DNA of 64,000 nt from Heterodontus francisci (Eukaryota), in assembly GCF_036365525.1 (NCBI RefSeq), contig NC_090373.1, forward strand, positions 104,035,692 through 104,099,691, in the 5' to 3' direction. The notes beneath the pieces were generated by a model. That model made no database searches. It saw only the letters and a list, made by a program, of their open reading frames with translations, and was not told the DNA's origin. Positions within the stretch are counted from its first letter, which is position 1, and each line of letters starts with the position of its first letter. Positions 49,886 through 62,423 of the stretch are shown here, in pieces. Made by a program: the position numbers and the translations under genes.

Positions 49886-51214
49886 ATACTCACCAGAAGG
49901 AGGGAAAGGCCTTTAATTCTTTCTGAATTCAGGGATTCACCAATAGCCAAGTCGACGAAGATGATTATTGATTCTTCAAGAGTATATTCTCACTAGACCC
50001 ATCATATTGCTCTACATGAATAGTCCTATCCTAACCATAACAGGTGTGGTTGTTTTCTGAGGTTATTAAAGACAGGATAACAAATTTTTTCATGTCCCTG
50101 GTTGTTGTAGAAAAATAAGGATACATGGCTTGTTGGCACATCAAATTCCTCGTGTCAATGTTGCAGTTTCCTTTTAAACCTATGAAAATTCAGTTTTAAA
50201 ATACAATTATGAAACAAAAATAATTCCTACATCCTCTGTACCAAGAAAAACATTAAATGTCCAAAAAATTCACACATCTCACCACTCCAGGGTAGATCTC
50301 TCACATCCAAGATCTATAGCTTGCCCGAAAAGACTGTATGCATACAGGCATATTACAAAAATGCCTGATTCTCTCGAGAAATCCAAGAGCAGCATGGAAA
50401 CCTGACTGAGCCGTGCCACTCTTCTACTGACTTCTGACACAAAAATATAAGACGTCAGAATTCTAATACTTCAGTACAAATTAATTTTTCTATTAAAATA
50501 TTAATGAAACTATTAAAGTGTGCAATGAAAAATATGCTAGATGTTGGTGCTCCAATACACTTTCAGAGTGATAGATATGAATTTTGGCCCTTGTTTCTGT
50601 TCATAGGTTCAGGTAACAGCACTGGTTACATATATGAATTGTAGGATGCCACTGTTTGGGAAATTAGGAACAAAATGGTAATTTCCAGTATTTCAGAGGT
50701 ATCAAAATCTCATAGATCTGAGCTGAAAAGCAGACTTCAACTTAGTATAGTTAAGAGACTGCACGCTCAGACTGTGGATCAGAGAATGCCACGTAATAAA
50801 AGCATCCGGTGGCTGAGGCGTATTGAGAACCAACAGCCATTTGAATTGTTATGCAATGCACTTATAAGCTGTGGCATAGATGTTATTCAATGAGGATAAA
50901 TTGCAATTGTATAACTTTTTTTTATTATATTCAAATTCATGAAATCCATAACAGCAAGTTAGAACAAATAATTTGGTCATTAACACAAGATGGCACAGTA
51001 GTGACTCATTTTTATCTTACCATTGTAAGAATGGATTGTAATATTACATGCAGAAAATAATTAGTCTGTTCTGACATTCAGTTCCGTAAGTTGAGAACAG
51101 TTGAGTCAGGAATACAATTGTTTAGATGGCTCCAAAAATCCTGATCCACACTCATGTAGTAGTATATATTATATACTAATGTATTTACAATCTTCCAGAC
51201 AAAAGATAAATATT

Positions 51215-51220
51215 TTTATT
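51215..51220 (-). terminator. Candidate HINT3 polyadenylation signal
   Basis: AATAAA on minus strand about 470 nt after the stop, in an AU-rich 3' region. Confidence 0.5.
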
Positions 51221-51690
51221 GATGCACATTAAAAACATATTTACAAAAAGTGTTTATATTAATGTTGAAGCAATTAAATATTTCACATAAACATAGTATT
51301 TCAGACAAAAGAACATATTGCAATTAAAGTTCTTCAATCTTTCCAATTTTACATTGCAGATAACCTTACTGATTGGTGTGCCACTAAATGTATGCTGACA
51401 GGTTTAATAAACCATTGTCTTGGTGACTTCCACACATGCAAATTTTGCAGTCTCTGTTAAACAGTCTAGGAGAACAGTTACAGATCTTTACTGTCTTAAA
51501 TCAAAAATTATGAATTTTATATAATAGAGGTATTCAGGAACCCATTAAATGGCATTTTCAGTTATCACAGGCAAAATTTAGTTCTTGTTGATTAAATCAA
51601 AAACTAGATTAGATTAAAGATCTTGAAATGGAGTCACCTTCTGGAACTAAATGTACTGGGATTCAACTGCATGTGTTTAACTTCCACCAC

Positions 51691-51735
51691 TCAATTATCT
51701 GGAAGCGACTTTAGCTTTTCAATCAACTGGTCAAC
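51691..51735 (-). CDS. HINT3: HINT3 terminal coding exon
   Basis: ccctcccaaAG|VDQLIEKLKSLPDN*; resembles HINT3 C-terminus (ADHLIEKLRT); frame-consistent, total CDS 663 nt. Confidence 0.88.
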   Translation of the reverse strand, partial: VDQLIEKLKSLPDN

Positions 51736-54138
51736 CTTTGGGAGGGTAAAAAGTCCATATTATGGTAAGCTGGGTACAATGTGTGCAAAACATGTTAGTA
51801 TTTGCTAATAATTCAGACTCCAAAAATAACCATAATCTATAATTGAGACTGAGTAATGCAATGTATTCTTTGTTGAAACCTAGCTGACACTGATAGCATG
51901 AAATTCTCCTCTGCCTATTGCCTCTGTGGGTTCTATGTGAAATGAGTTTGGACAGTCTCAATCCAGTTCCCAGTAAGCATGCAGCACTAAACAATTTCCA
52001 TTTAATTTAGCAGCGTTATGAAAAAAAGGTGGTTGGTGCAATAAATCATTGATGCAGCAAGGATTACTAAGGTACAAAGCTGGACAGAGTCAAAAGCAGT
52101 TTGTTCCACATCTAGCCGTGCTACATATACACATATATTCTCTACTGTGGTTATATGAACATACCAACATAGAATTTACATGTATTCATTTGCTTTTTAG
52201 TTTGGTTCAATCTATAGTTATCAGTAGTGAGAATATAGGCACAAGAAGGTACTATATAACCACCTAATCTTTAAATATAAAAATGAAGCAAATCCAAAAG
52301 ATTAACAGCCTTTTTCATCTTTCTACTGTTGCTTTTTTTGAACATTTTTATTTAAACAGAATTCTTGCAGAAGTTTGAGCAGGATGGTGAGAGAGACGAA
52401 TACTTGCAATTGCAAATGAGATGATCACTACAATAATCCAAGTTATTAGCTACAAATCTGCTGTTTAAATCAGCTCATTCACAGTGCCGGGGTGGGTGGC
52501 GGTGGTATGTTCAACTTCAGTCAAACTGGCCAGGGTGACCCAGCATGACTATTCTACTAATGTCCTCTCCTTGTAGACTCTAATGTTGTCCTTCTCTCCT
52601 ATCCACACAAAACATTTCCAACACTCACAACCCTCTGCTTTCTCTCTTTGCAGAAGACAGCACACAACCTTGGGGAGAAAGAGAGACCTGGCCCAGCAGG
52701 GGGGTGGGGGTGGGGTACCCTCCAATGACTGGTACATTGACGACCAGTGGCAATACATGCTCACCTGGCCCACTGAGGCCTTGTTCCAGGAGGCTGCAGA
52801 TGTCAGCAGCGACTTGCCGTGAAAACATGAGCCTCCAGAGGCACTGTTGCTCGCACATATCAAGAGAGATGTTCCTCTGAATGTAGACCCTGTGTTGGGT
52901 ATCTCACCTCCTTCGACCTGGATCTCTGTGTTCATCTCATCTGCCCTGTCGAGCTGCATGTGGCTGAGGAGAAGACAGCTGATGCTGTTCCTGCTTCTCC
53001 TCTTGTTCCTCAAGGTAGAGCTGTATAAGCCATGCCATGGTGAAGGCTGGCAGAGGGAAGTGCAGCTGAAGGCGAGAGAAGTCCAAGACCGGTGAAGTGA
53101 CTTCTAAGAAGTTGGCAATAGCCAGTCAAGTAGTGAAAGCACTCTGAGAAGCAGTGCTATGAGTATCTGCCTCTCACGTGGCCATGGCTGCAGCTCTTCA
53201 GTTTCACTGACCAAAGGCTTCCCAGTCTGACAGTTTCACTAAAGAAGAACTCCCCGCTGTGCATTCACCTCACTGAATCTGGCAAGTTGTGACAGCTCAG
53301 GAAATAGGTCTGTGGTTGTTAAAGCCAGAAAGCCTGGTTAAAACTATGCTAAATTTAAATAACTTACCCGACAGCTGCACAAGGGTTCCCACTCGCCTTC
53401 AAACCCACCAGGGTGAAACCCAGAAGTGGGCAGGATGATATTGGGATCCCAACCCACCGATACTTTTAGGGGATTTAACTCTCCACATGCACCCAAAACC
53501 TTCTCCCCTTGCCTGGGAAAATTCCCCCCTCTGACTGAGGACTAATTTGCAGTGTTACGAGGAAAAAGCTGGAGTGTAGGGTTAAATTGGACAATTCTTT
53601 CCAACAGCTGACAGAGACACAATGGGCCAAATGGCCTCTTTTTATGCTGTAAATTACTCAGATTATTTTCAGGGCCGTTTAAAGTGTTTTGTAAATCAAA
53701 CACTTTTTGCTTTTGTGCAATTATATTCTTATAAACCTTATGGCCTAACATAGTGTGTGTTTTAATATTCGAGTTGACAGGAGAGCAGCCTATGCAATTT
53801 CCAATGTGAAAGATAACAATAAAAGGGCAATTTAAACCTATGGCATTCTATTTCTTTTGTGTGGCACAAAGTTACATGTTTCAGATCTTAGGAATGCAGG
53901 TCAGTTTATGGAAACTGCCTTTTTGCTGTAAACAAAGAATTGGGAGAAACTCTGAAGTGTAACAGTCTCCGCAAGTATATTTTTCAGCAGTGATCACGCG
54001 ATTGCAATTGAGGACTGGAATCCATCTAACTTATCGTCTTCCTAGCCTGGGGTAACTGAGCCACAGAAGTGCTAAAGCAAATTGGTTTACATTTTCACCT
54101 ATTACAATATTATTCAGCAATAGAAACAAAGTACTTAC

Positions 54139-54265
54139 TGTAATGAACCAGTAGGAATTGATTCTGTAAACCAATCTCGATATAAATCCCATCTGACTGG
54201 CTGGAGCCAGTACATGCAAGTGCAAGTGAGTTATTGTGCAGAATGGAGGCCAGTGAAAGCCCAGC
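54139..54265 (-). CDS. HINT3: HINT3 coding exon 4 (histidine triad HLHLH)
   Basis: tacAG|(R)[42 protein letters not shown]|GTAAGT; 127 nt. Confidence 0.97.
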
Positions 54266-55000
54266 CTGTAAACAAATCCAATATCTTGGTAACTATGAGC
54301 AACATTGTTGATCACAATAATCACAAAAATCACAGCAGCAAAACTGCAAAAAACAACTGAATGAGGTCAGTTAAATGAATCTTGAAAGTGTTCATTCATA
54401 TTTAAGTTTTTTTTTGTGCCGTCAACATAATCTGTAAGTACACCATTAAACTTGTGAAAATAATTCAACCCAAGCAAGTTACAGGAAATGTACCAAAATG
54501 TTTACAGTAAAATTGAAAATGAGATGTAATATGCTTTGAGTGTAGTTTTAATTTTGCATTGTTATGAAAACCTGCTGTTCTTTTCACAATGTTTAGACAA
54601 TGAGGATAATTGTTCCGTAGGTTAGAATATTGCAGCAAAATGCCTGCCACCAGCATGTACTCAGAAAATAACCCTCACTGGGCCAGCTTCCTTTGCCATG
54701 CTATGCTAGGTTAAATTTAAATACAAGAACTAAACTTTGCTCAGCTACTGTACAAATTGAAATACCTTTTTAAAAGCTGAACTGCCAATAGACTTCACAA
54801 AACAATGTTGATTCACTTCAAAGTTTGACAGAATGCTAGATCATAGTTTATTTTTAATTGGTCTGAGCGCAATAGATAACTTTCTTGAAAACTAAAAAGT
54901 CCAGAGGCAGCTATCAAACTAACAAATGTAATAACCATAACTTTTTCAGAATAGTATTTAGTTAACATACACTGTTAGTTTTCTGCAGTACTGTACATAC

Positions 55001-55070
55001 CTCACATCTGCCAGGTCATCGATACCCTTTTCTTGTAGTACATTTTTTCCAATGTTCACCATCTTCTGAA
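55001..55070 (-). CDS. HINT3: HINT3 coding exon 3
   Basis: atAG|(V)QKMVNIGKNVLQEKGIDDLADV(R)|GTATGT; 70 nt. Confidence 0.92.
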
Positions 55071-56179
55071 CTATTCATTAAAACAGAATTTTACAAATTA
55101 AAGCATACTATTGAAATATATCTTAGCCATAAATGATGTACATCAGGACCAACATGTAAAATAGGAACCAGTAGTGTAAAACTACAACTGAGTTAGCACT
55201 CTTTAGAACCCAGTCCTCTCCCATTTTAACTGCCAGCTACCTTTCAATTACATTTTGGTCATATGTAGGTGCAGCACAATGAGACTTCTTGCCATGTCTC
55301 CCTCCTACAACTGGGAGTCTTGTAAGATGAAGTGGGACACATGTAATAGGAATTACCAGTGTTGGCAACATTAAGACAATGGTTAAACAGGCAGAGTACC
55401 AACCACCTGCTCTCTCTGAATTGCTGGTACAGAGAAGACACCAATCATGGGAATATAACAGGACAGAATAATACAAATCAACCTAATATTCCATCCAAAG
55501 GAAAACACAAGATTGCTTTATATTTCAAATAGGAATTGGTTCAATAAACCTCCGTTGATCTTACCCCCACCAAGATAGTGTAACATCATCCACAAATAAC
55601 TGTGTACGCTAACTATGATTTAAAATACTGGAAGTGGACGCTGAAGGCAACAAGAATAGCATCTGTAGTGTGTCCAAAATTCTAACTAGAATGCAGTTGT
55701 CTTTCATCCTGTGTAAATAAAAGTCATCTTTTCAGCTGTGGTACAGCATTGTCAAATACAATACAAGAAAAAATTGTTTTTGCCATGTACACAATGCTAT
55801 CTACTCCACATCGTGGGGTATTCTCAAGTAGGCTAAAGTTCTCTAGAAGCTGTTCAGACAAGGATGCTAGCAGAAGTTTGTGCTGATGCCTGAACTTCTA
55901 ATGCAGCTTTCAAATTTTAACTTTTAAAAGAAATACTAGATTTACAGATGTGACCAGGAAGTGAACATGCCACCAAGTGAATCATTTATGTGGACCTAAT
56001 GTATTTTTTGCATCTAAACTTGGTCTTTGGTCTGTCAGAATTGATCTTAAGAGGAGTTGCTTTTTTGAAGATTGTTCATGAAACACATTTGCAAAGTTTT
56101 CACAAGCACTGTTCAATTGAAAGAGGATGCAGTAGAGTGTTGTAATATGATTTGGAAAATGAAGTGAATGCAATCTCAC

Positions 56180-56297
56180 CTACTGATATGTGTTCCTTCT
56201 TCAGAGATTTGCAATTTCCAATGTGTTTTCTTGGCACTACAAGATAATGATGGGGTGCACCAGGTCGGATGTCCCTAAAACAAGCAAATTGCTCATC
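56180..56297 (-). CDS. HINT3: HINT3 coding exon 2
   Basis: ttcAG|DEQFACFRDIRPGAPHHYLVVPRKHIGNCKSLKKEHISV(V)|GTGAGA; 118 nt. Confidence 0.96.
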
Positions 56298-56496
56298 CTG
56301 AATAAAAAAAATGCAGCGTTTTAAATTTTAACATCTTTTTGACTAATTATTTTAATAATGATACAGCAATTTAAAAACATAAATGTGGTCATGTATGAAA
56401 CACTGATCAGACTAGGAACTTACTTGTGGACAGAAATTTATGATTATTTTTAATTTCTCAACTGAATATTCATTTAAGACAATAGGTTAAAATATA

Positions 56497-56647
56497 TAAA
56501 AGCAAAATCCTGCAGTGCTAGAAATCAAATTAAAACAGAAAATGTTGGAAATACACAGCAAGTCAGGCAGCATCTGTGAAGAGAGAAACAAAGTTAACAT
56601 TTTAGGCCGTTGGGTTCTGCTGAAAGATGCTGCCAGACATGCTGAGG
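56497..56647 (-). mobile_element. Partial Penelope-like terminal repeat in HINT3 intron 1
   Basis: aaagcaaaatcctgcagtgctagaaatc...ggcagcatctgtgaagagagaaacaaagttaac plus a short inverted piece. Confidence 0.7.
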
Positions 56648-57584
56648 TCAAGATATATGCTATGCTACAACCAATATTTGTTAAATTAGTGATAGAACAA
56701 GCAATATTTTAAATTTGCTACTCTTAGTGGATATTGCAATACAAGGCTGGTCACAAATTAGACATTAGCACAATTACTTAAAAAAACCCTGGATAAGTGC
56801 ATTTTGCAAACTCCTGCAGAGACATCATCGGTGTTGCTATTGGTTAGTACAATAGGCAGGATGTCCAAGTAACAATGAAATTCATTGGAGGCTAGCTAAC
56901 ATTTCATGCGACCTTTAACTCCAATGAGAACATCAGTATCATATCCACTCATCCCAAATAACACATTTTAGTTTATTACAAAAATAACATGTTTTCCTCT
57001 CCAATTCTCTCTTTTCCCCTTATCTGCTTAAAGTATTGGCACAGATACTGAAATTGAAACACAGAATGAGACCATCCAACCTAATATGTGCAGAGTCAAA
57101 AAGTATCACAAAACCCCAGGACAGAAAGTAAAGGTGCCTCATTCTTCACATGCCTAGACAGTGAGCATCAACAGGCTGATGGGATAGGGGCACCACAGCT
57201 AAACCTGAAGCTTCCTTCTCCACCCAACATTCACCATCATGCACCCTTCAGCAGGGCTCATTGGATAGCAATCAGGACTTTATTCCTAGCCAAGGGCACT
57301 GAAATCAACTGTAGTTCCCGCCACCCTCAGTTGAAAATAGTTAACTTTGCCCAGATTGATGATTAAATCCAGAACCTTCCTAACCTGGATACTCTATCAC
57401 ACAAGGTGGCCAATCGATTCATGAGCCCATATGGGAACTCTAAATGAAATATCTATTATTCACTGAAGCATTTACTGAATCTGTCCCCTTCTCCATCCTG
57501 CTGTCAAGACCTTTAGCCATAGTTCTGTTATTTCAATGTTTGATTTTTCCAACATGTATCTCACTGGCTTCCCAGCTTCCACTC

Positions 57585-58145
57585 ATGGGGTGTGGGCGCT
57601 ACTGGCAAAGCCAGCATTTGTTGCCCATCTCTAGTTGCCCTTGAAAAGGTGGTGGTGAGCTGCCTTCTTGAATCCCTGCAGTCCATCTGGTGTCAGTACA
57701 CCCACAGTGCTGTCAGGGAGGAAGTTCCAGAGGTTTTGATACAATAATACTAACGGTGATATTGTTCCAAGTCAGGATGGTGTGTGGCTTGGAGGGGAAA
57801 TTGGTGGTGTTCCCATGCATCTGCTGTCCTTGTCCTTCTAGCTGTTTGAGGTCACAGGTTTGGAAGGTGCTGTCAAAGATGCCTTGGTGAGTTGCAGCAG
57901 TGCAGCTTGCAGATAGAAACATACAAAACATAGATTTATACACTGCGGCCACTGTGTGTCGGGAGCGGAGGGAGTGAATGTTTAAGATGGTGCATCAATC
58001 TTCTTGAGTGTTGTTGGAGCTGCACTCATCCAGGCAAGTGGAGAGTATTCCACCACACTCCTGACGTGCCTTGTAGATGGTGGACAGGCTCTGGAGAGTC
58101 AGGAGGCGAGTTACTTGCCTCAGAATTCCCAGTCTCTGACTTGTT
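57585..58145 (-). mobile_element. CR1-group LINE (family B) 3' fragment
   Basis: Antisense family-B 3' end and MHGNTT..PSKPHTILTW remnant. Confidence 0.85.
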
Positions 58146-58244
58146 CTCCCACTCAAATCGCTGCACTCCCATTACTCCTGTGCTTGAAAAGTTCCCTCGA
58201 TCTAGTAGATTGCGGAATTTATAACCATTCACATGCAAGGGTGT

Positions 58245-59568
58245 CATAGAGTCATAGCATTATACAGCACAGAAACAGGCCCTTCGGGCCATCGTGTCTG
58301 TGCCGGCCATCAAGCACCTAACTATTCTAATCCCATTTTCCAGCACTTGGCCCGTAGCCTTGTATGCTATGGCGTTTCAAGTGCTCATCTAAATACTTCT
58401 TAAATGTTGTGAGGGTTCCTGCCTATACCACATCTTCAGGTACTGCATTCCAGATTCCAACCACCCTCTGGGTGAAAACATTTTTCCTCAATCTCCTCTA
58501 AACCTCTTGCCCCTTACTTCAACTCTACGCCCCCTGGTTATTGATCCCTCAGCTAAGGGAAAATGTTTCTTCCTATCTACCCTATCTATGCCCCTCATAA
58601 TTTTGTATACCTCAATCAGGTCCCCCCTCAGCCTTCTCTGCTTTAAGGAAAACAACCAGAAACTTTTCAGTCTCTCTTCATAGCTGAAATTCTCCAGCCC
58701 AGGCAACACCCTGGTGAATCTCCTCTGCACCCTCTCCAGTGCAATCACATCCTTCCTATAGTGTGGTGCCCAGAACTGTATTTAGTACTCCAGCTGTCGC
58801 CTAACTAGCATTTTATACAGCTACATCATAACCTCCCTGCTCTTATACTCTTATGTCTGATAAAGGCAAGTATCCCATATGCCTTTCTAACCACCTTATC
58901 TACCTGTGTTGCTGCATTCAGTGATCTTTGGACAAGTACACCAAGGTCCCTCTCTACTTCCTAGGGTCCTACCATCCATTGTATATGCCCTTGCCGTGTT
59001 AGTGCTCCCAAAATGCATCACCTCACACTTCTCAGGATTAAATTCCATTTGCCACTGCTCTGCCCATCTATATCATCCTGTAATCTAAGGCTTTCCACCT
59101 CACTATTTACAACACCACCAATTTTCCTGTCATCTGCGAACTTACTGATCATACCTCCTATATTCATGTCTAAATCATTAATGCACACTACAACAGCAAG
59201 GGTCCCAGCACCCTTTGGTACACTACTGGCTTCCAATCACAAAAACAACCCTCGACCATTACCCTCTGCCTCCTGCCACTAAGCCAATTTTGGATCCACT
59301 TTGTCAAATTTCCTTGAATCCCATGGGCTCTTACCTTCTTAACCAATCTCCCATGCGGGACCTTATCAAAAGCCTTACTGAAGTCCATGTAGACTACATC
59401 AACTGCTTTACCCTCATCGACACATCTAGTTGCCTCCTCGAAAAATTCAATCAAGTTTATTAGACACGATCTCCCCCTGACAAAGCCATGCTGACTATCC
59501 CTGATTAATCCCTGCCTCTCCAAGTGGAGATTAATCCTGTCCCTCAGAATTTTTTCCAATAGTTTCCT
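58245..59568 (-). mobile_element. CR1 LINE (family A), 5'-truncated, in HINT3 intron 1
   Basis: QHGFVRGRSCL..YMDFSKAFDKVPH, ISKFADD, RLRGDLIEVYKIM; CR1 3' end. Confidence 0.94.
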
Positions 59569-59742
59569 AATTTTCACTATAAATTTAGCATCCATATTTC
59601 GGGCTTGAACTTTGGAGCAACGCTGAAGTGGTGTCGGCTCCCTGCTGTCTGGATTCCCCCCACCCTGACTCCAGCTCCCAACCCTGGATCCTTGCCTCAG
59701 CCTGCCCCCGGGTTCCTCCACCCCACAAGGCCGCTGTCTCAC

Positions 59743-60045
59743 CCAGTGCAGCAGATCCACCGACTCCTCTTTGTTCCCGATTTTGCAGAAGATACATTTC
59801 TTTTCAAACTCTGCACCAGCCGCGATCGGGGCCTCCGACTCGGACTCTCCTCCCGCCGGGGTCGGGGCCTCCGACTCGGACTCTCCTCCGGCCGGGGTCG
59901 GGGCCTCCGACTCGGACTCTCCTCCCGCCGGGGTCGGGGCCTCCGACTCTCCTCCGGCCGGGGTCGGGGCGTTGGTCTCGACTGGAGACTCTCCCAGGCC
60001 CGGAGACTCGGCAGTCGCTGGAGCTTCCATCGCCATCGCCGCCAT
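59743..60045 (-). CDS. HINT3: HINT3 coding exon 1 (repeat-expanded N-terminus plus CIFCKI motif)
   Basis: gtcATGG start (alternative ATGs at 60036 and 60030); ...EFEKKCIFCKIGNKEESVDLLHW|GTGAGA; the CxxC motif is typical of HINT N-termini; 303 nt. Confidence 0.9.
59826..59970. repeat. Coding 36-bp minisatellite in HINT3 exon 1 (3 x 36 bp + 30-bp unit + partial)
   Basis: Unit tcggggcctccgactcggactctcctcc(c/g)gccgggg; encodes (ES)EAPTPAGGES repeats. Confidence 0.95.
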
Positions 60046-60164
60046 GACAACCACACCAATCGAACCCAGAGAGCATGGATTTATGCCAATCTCATTTTGA
60101 GATGAGAGTGAGAGTTATGTATAGGACCCCTGGTAGCAGCTGTGAAGTAGTAGATTGTATAAGG

Positions 60165-62140
60165 GTCATAGAGTTATACAGCACAGAAACAGGCCCTTCG
60201 GCCCATCGTGTCTGTGCCAGCCATCAAGCACCTAACTATTCTAATCCCATTTTCCAGCACTTGGCTCGTAGCCTTGTATGCGATGGCATTTCAAGTGCTC
60301 ATCTGAATCTTAAATGATGAGGGTTCCTGCCTCTATCACCTCTTCAGGCAGTGTATTCCAGATTCCAACCACCCTCTGGGTGAAAAAATGTTTCCTCAAA
60401 TCCCCACTGAACCTCCTGCCCCTTACCTTAAATCTATGCCCCCTGGTTATTGATCCCTCCGCTAAGGGAAAAATTTTCTTCCTATCTAACCTATCAATGC
60501 CCCTCATTATCTTGTACACCTCAATCATATCTCCCCTCAGCCTTCTCTGCTCTAAGGAAAATAACCCTAGCCTTTTCAGTCTCTTTTCATAGCTGAAATG
60601 CTCCAGCCCAGGCAACATCCTGGTGAATCTCCTCTGCACCCTCTCCAGTGCAATCACATCTTTCCTATAGTGTGGTGCTCAGAACTGTACACAGTACTCC
60701 AGCTGTGGCCTAACTAGCGTTTTATACAGCTCCCATAACCTCCCTGCTCTTATATTCTATGCCTCGGCTAATAAAGGCAAGTATCCCATATGCCTTCCTA
60801 ACCACCTATCTACCTGTGCTGCTGCCTTCAGTGATCTATGGATAAGTACACCAAGGTCTCTCTGTACTTTCTAGGGTCTTACCATCCATCGTATATTCCG
60901 TTGCCTTGTTAGTCCTCCCAAAATGCACCACCTCACACTTCTCAGGATTAAATTCCATTTGCCACTGCTCCACCCATCTTACCAGCCCACCTATATGGTC
61001 CGGTAATCTAAGGCTTTCCTCCTCACTATTTACGGCATCACCAATTTTCATCTGCGAACTTACTGATCATACCTCCTATATTCACATCTAAATCATTAAT
61101 GTACAATACAAACAGCCAGGGTCCCAGCACCGATCCCTGTGGTACACCACTGGTCACAAGCCTCCACTCGCAATAACAACCCTGGACCGTCACCCTCTGC
61201 CTTCTGCCACCAAGCCAATTTTGGATCCAATTTGCCAAATTGCCCTGGATCCCATGGGCTCGTACCTTCTTAAACAATCTCCCATGCGGGACCTTATCAA
61301 AAGCCTTACTGAAGTCCATGTAGACTACATCAACTTGCTGACCCTCATCTACATATCTCATCACCTCCTCGAAAAATTCAATCAAGTTTGTTAGACACGA
61401 TCTCCCCCTGACAAAGCCATGCTGACTATCCCTGATTAATCCCTGCCTCTCCAAGTGGAGATTAATCCTGTCCCTCAGAATTTTTTCCAATAGTTTCCCT
61501 ACCACTGATGTTAGACTCACTGGCGTGTAATTACCTGGTTTATCCCTGCTACGCTTCTTGAACAATGTTACCACATTCGCTGTCCTCCACTTCTCTGGTA
61601 CCTCTCCTGTGACAGAGAGGATTTGAAAATTTGTGTCAGAGCCCCTGATACCTCCTCCCTTGCCTCACATAACAGCCTGGGATACATCTCATCTGGGCCT
61701 GGGGATTTATCCACTTTTAAGCCCGCTAAAACAGCTAATACTTCCTCCCTTTCAATGCTAATTTGTTCAAGTACATCACAATCCCCCTTCCTGATCTCTA
61801 CACCTACATCGTCCTTCTCCATAGTGAACACAGATGAAAAGTAATCATTGAAAACCTCACCTATGTCCTCTGGCTCCACACACAGATTGCCACTTTGGTC
61901 CCTAATCGGCTCTACTCTTTCCCTGGTTATCCTCGTGCCCTTAATATACTTATAAAACAAAAACAAGAAATGCTGGAATCACTCAGCAGGTCTGGCAGCA
62001 TCTGTGGAAAGAGAAGCAGAGTTAACGTTTCGGGTCAGTGATTTTGCTTTTATACTTATAAAATGCCTTGGGATTTTCCTTTTTCTTGCCCGCCAGTGTT
62101 TTTTCATGTCCCCTCTTCATTCTCCTAATTATTTTTTAAG
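60165..62140 (-). mobile_element. CR1 LINE (family A) immediately upstream of HINT3, with nested Penelope repeat
   Basis: KSPGPDEMYPRLL, YTPVSLTSVVGKLLE, GVPQGSVLGP, FADE; same subfamily as 58245-59568. Confidence 0.94.
61958..62050. mobile_element. Penelope-like hairpin insertion with collapsed right arm, 13-bp TSD
   Basis: Left arm nearly identical to 39725-39810, jumps to the tail attttgcttt; TATACTTATAAAA duplicated at 61945-61957 and 62051-62063. Confidence 0.85.
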
Positions 62141-62423
62141 TATTAGACAAGCATGTAGTAAAGGCAGGGCACTTTTAATGTGGGATTGTAACTTCCATAT
62201 GGTTTGGAATAAGTAGACAAGGTCATGTCAAAAAGGTTGTGAATTTCTTGAATGTGTCCAGGATACTTTTCTGAAACGATATATCCTTAAACCAACAATG
62301 GAGCATACCATATTAGATTTAATACTGAGCAATGAGCCAGATTTAGTTAACAGCATAATGATACATGAACATATGTATATTAGTAATCATAATTTGATCA
62401 ACTTCAATGTGGTGCTTGAAAAG

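Noticed and set aside
59605-60105. Long plus-strand ORFs overlapping HINT3 exon 1
   Set aside because: By-product of the GC-rich 36-bp repeat lacking stops; no recognisable domain
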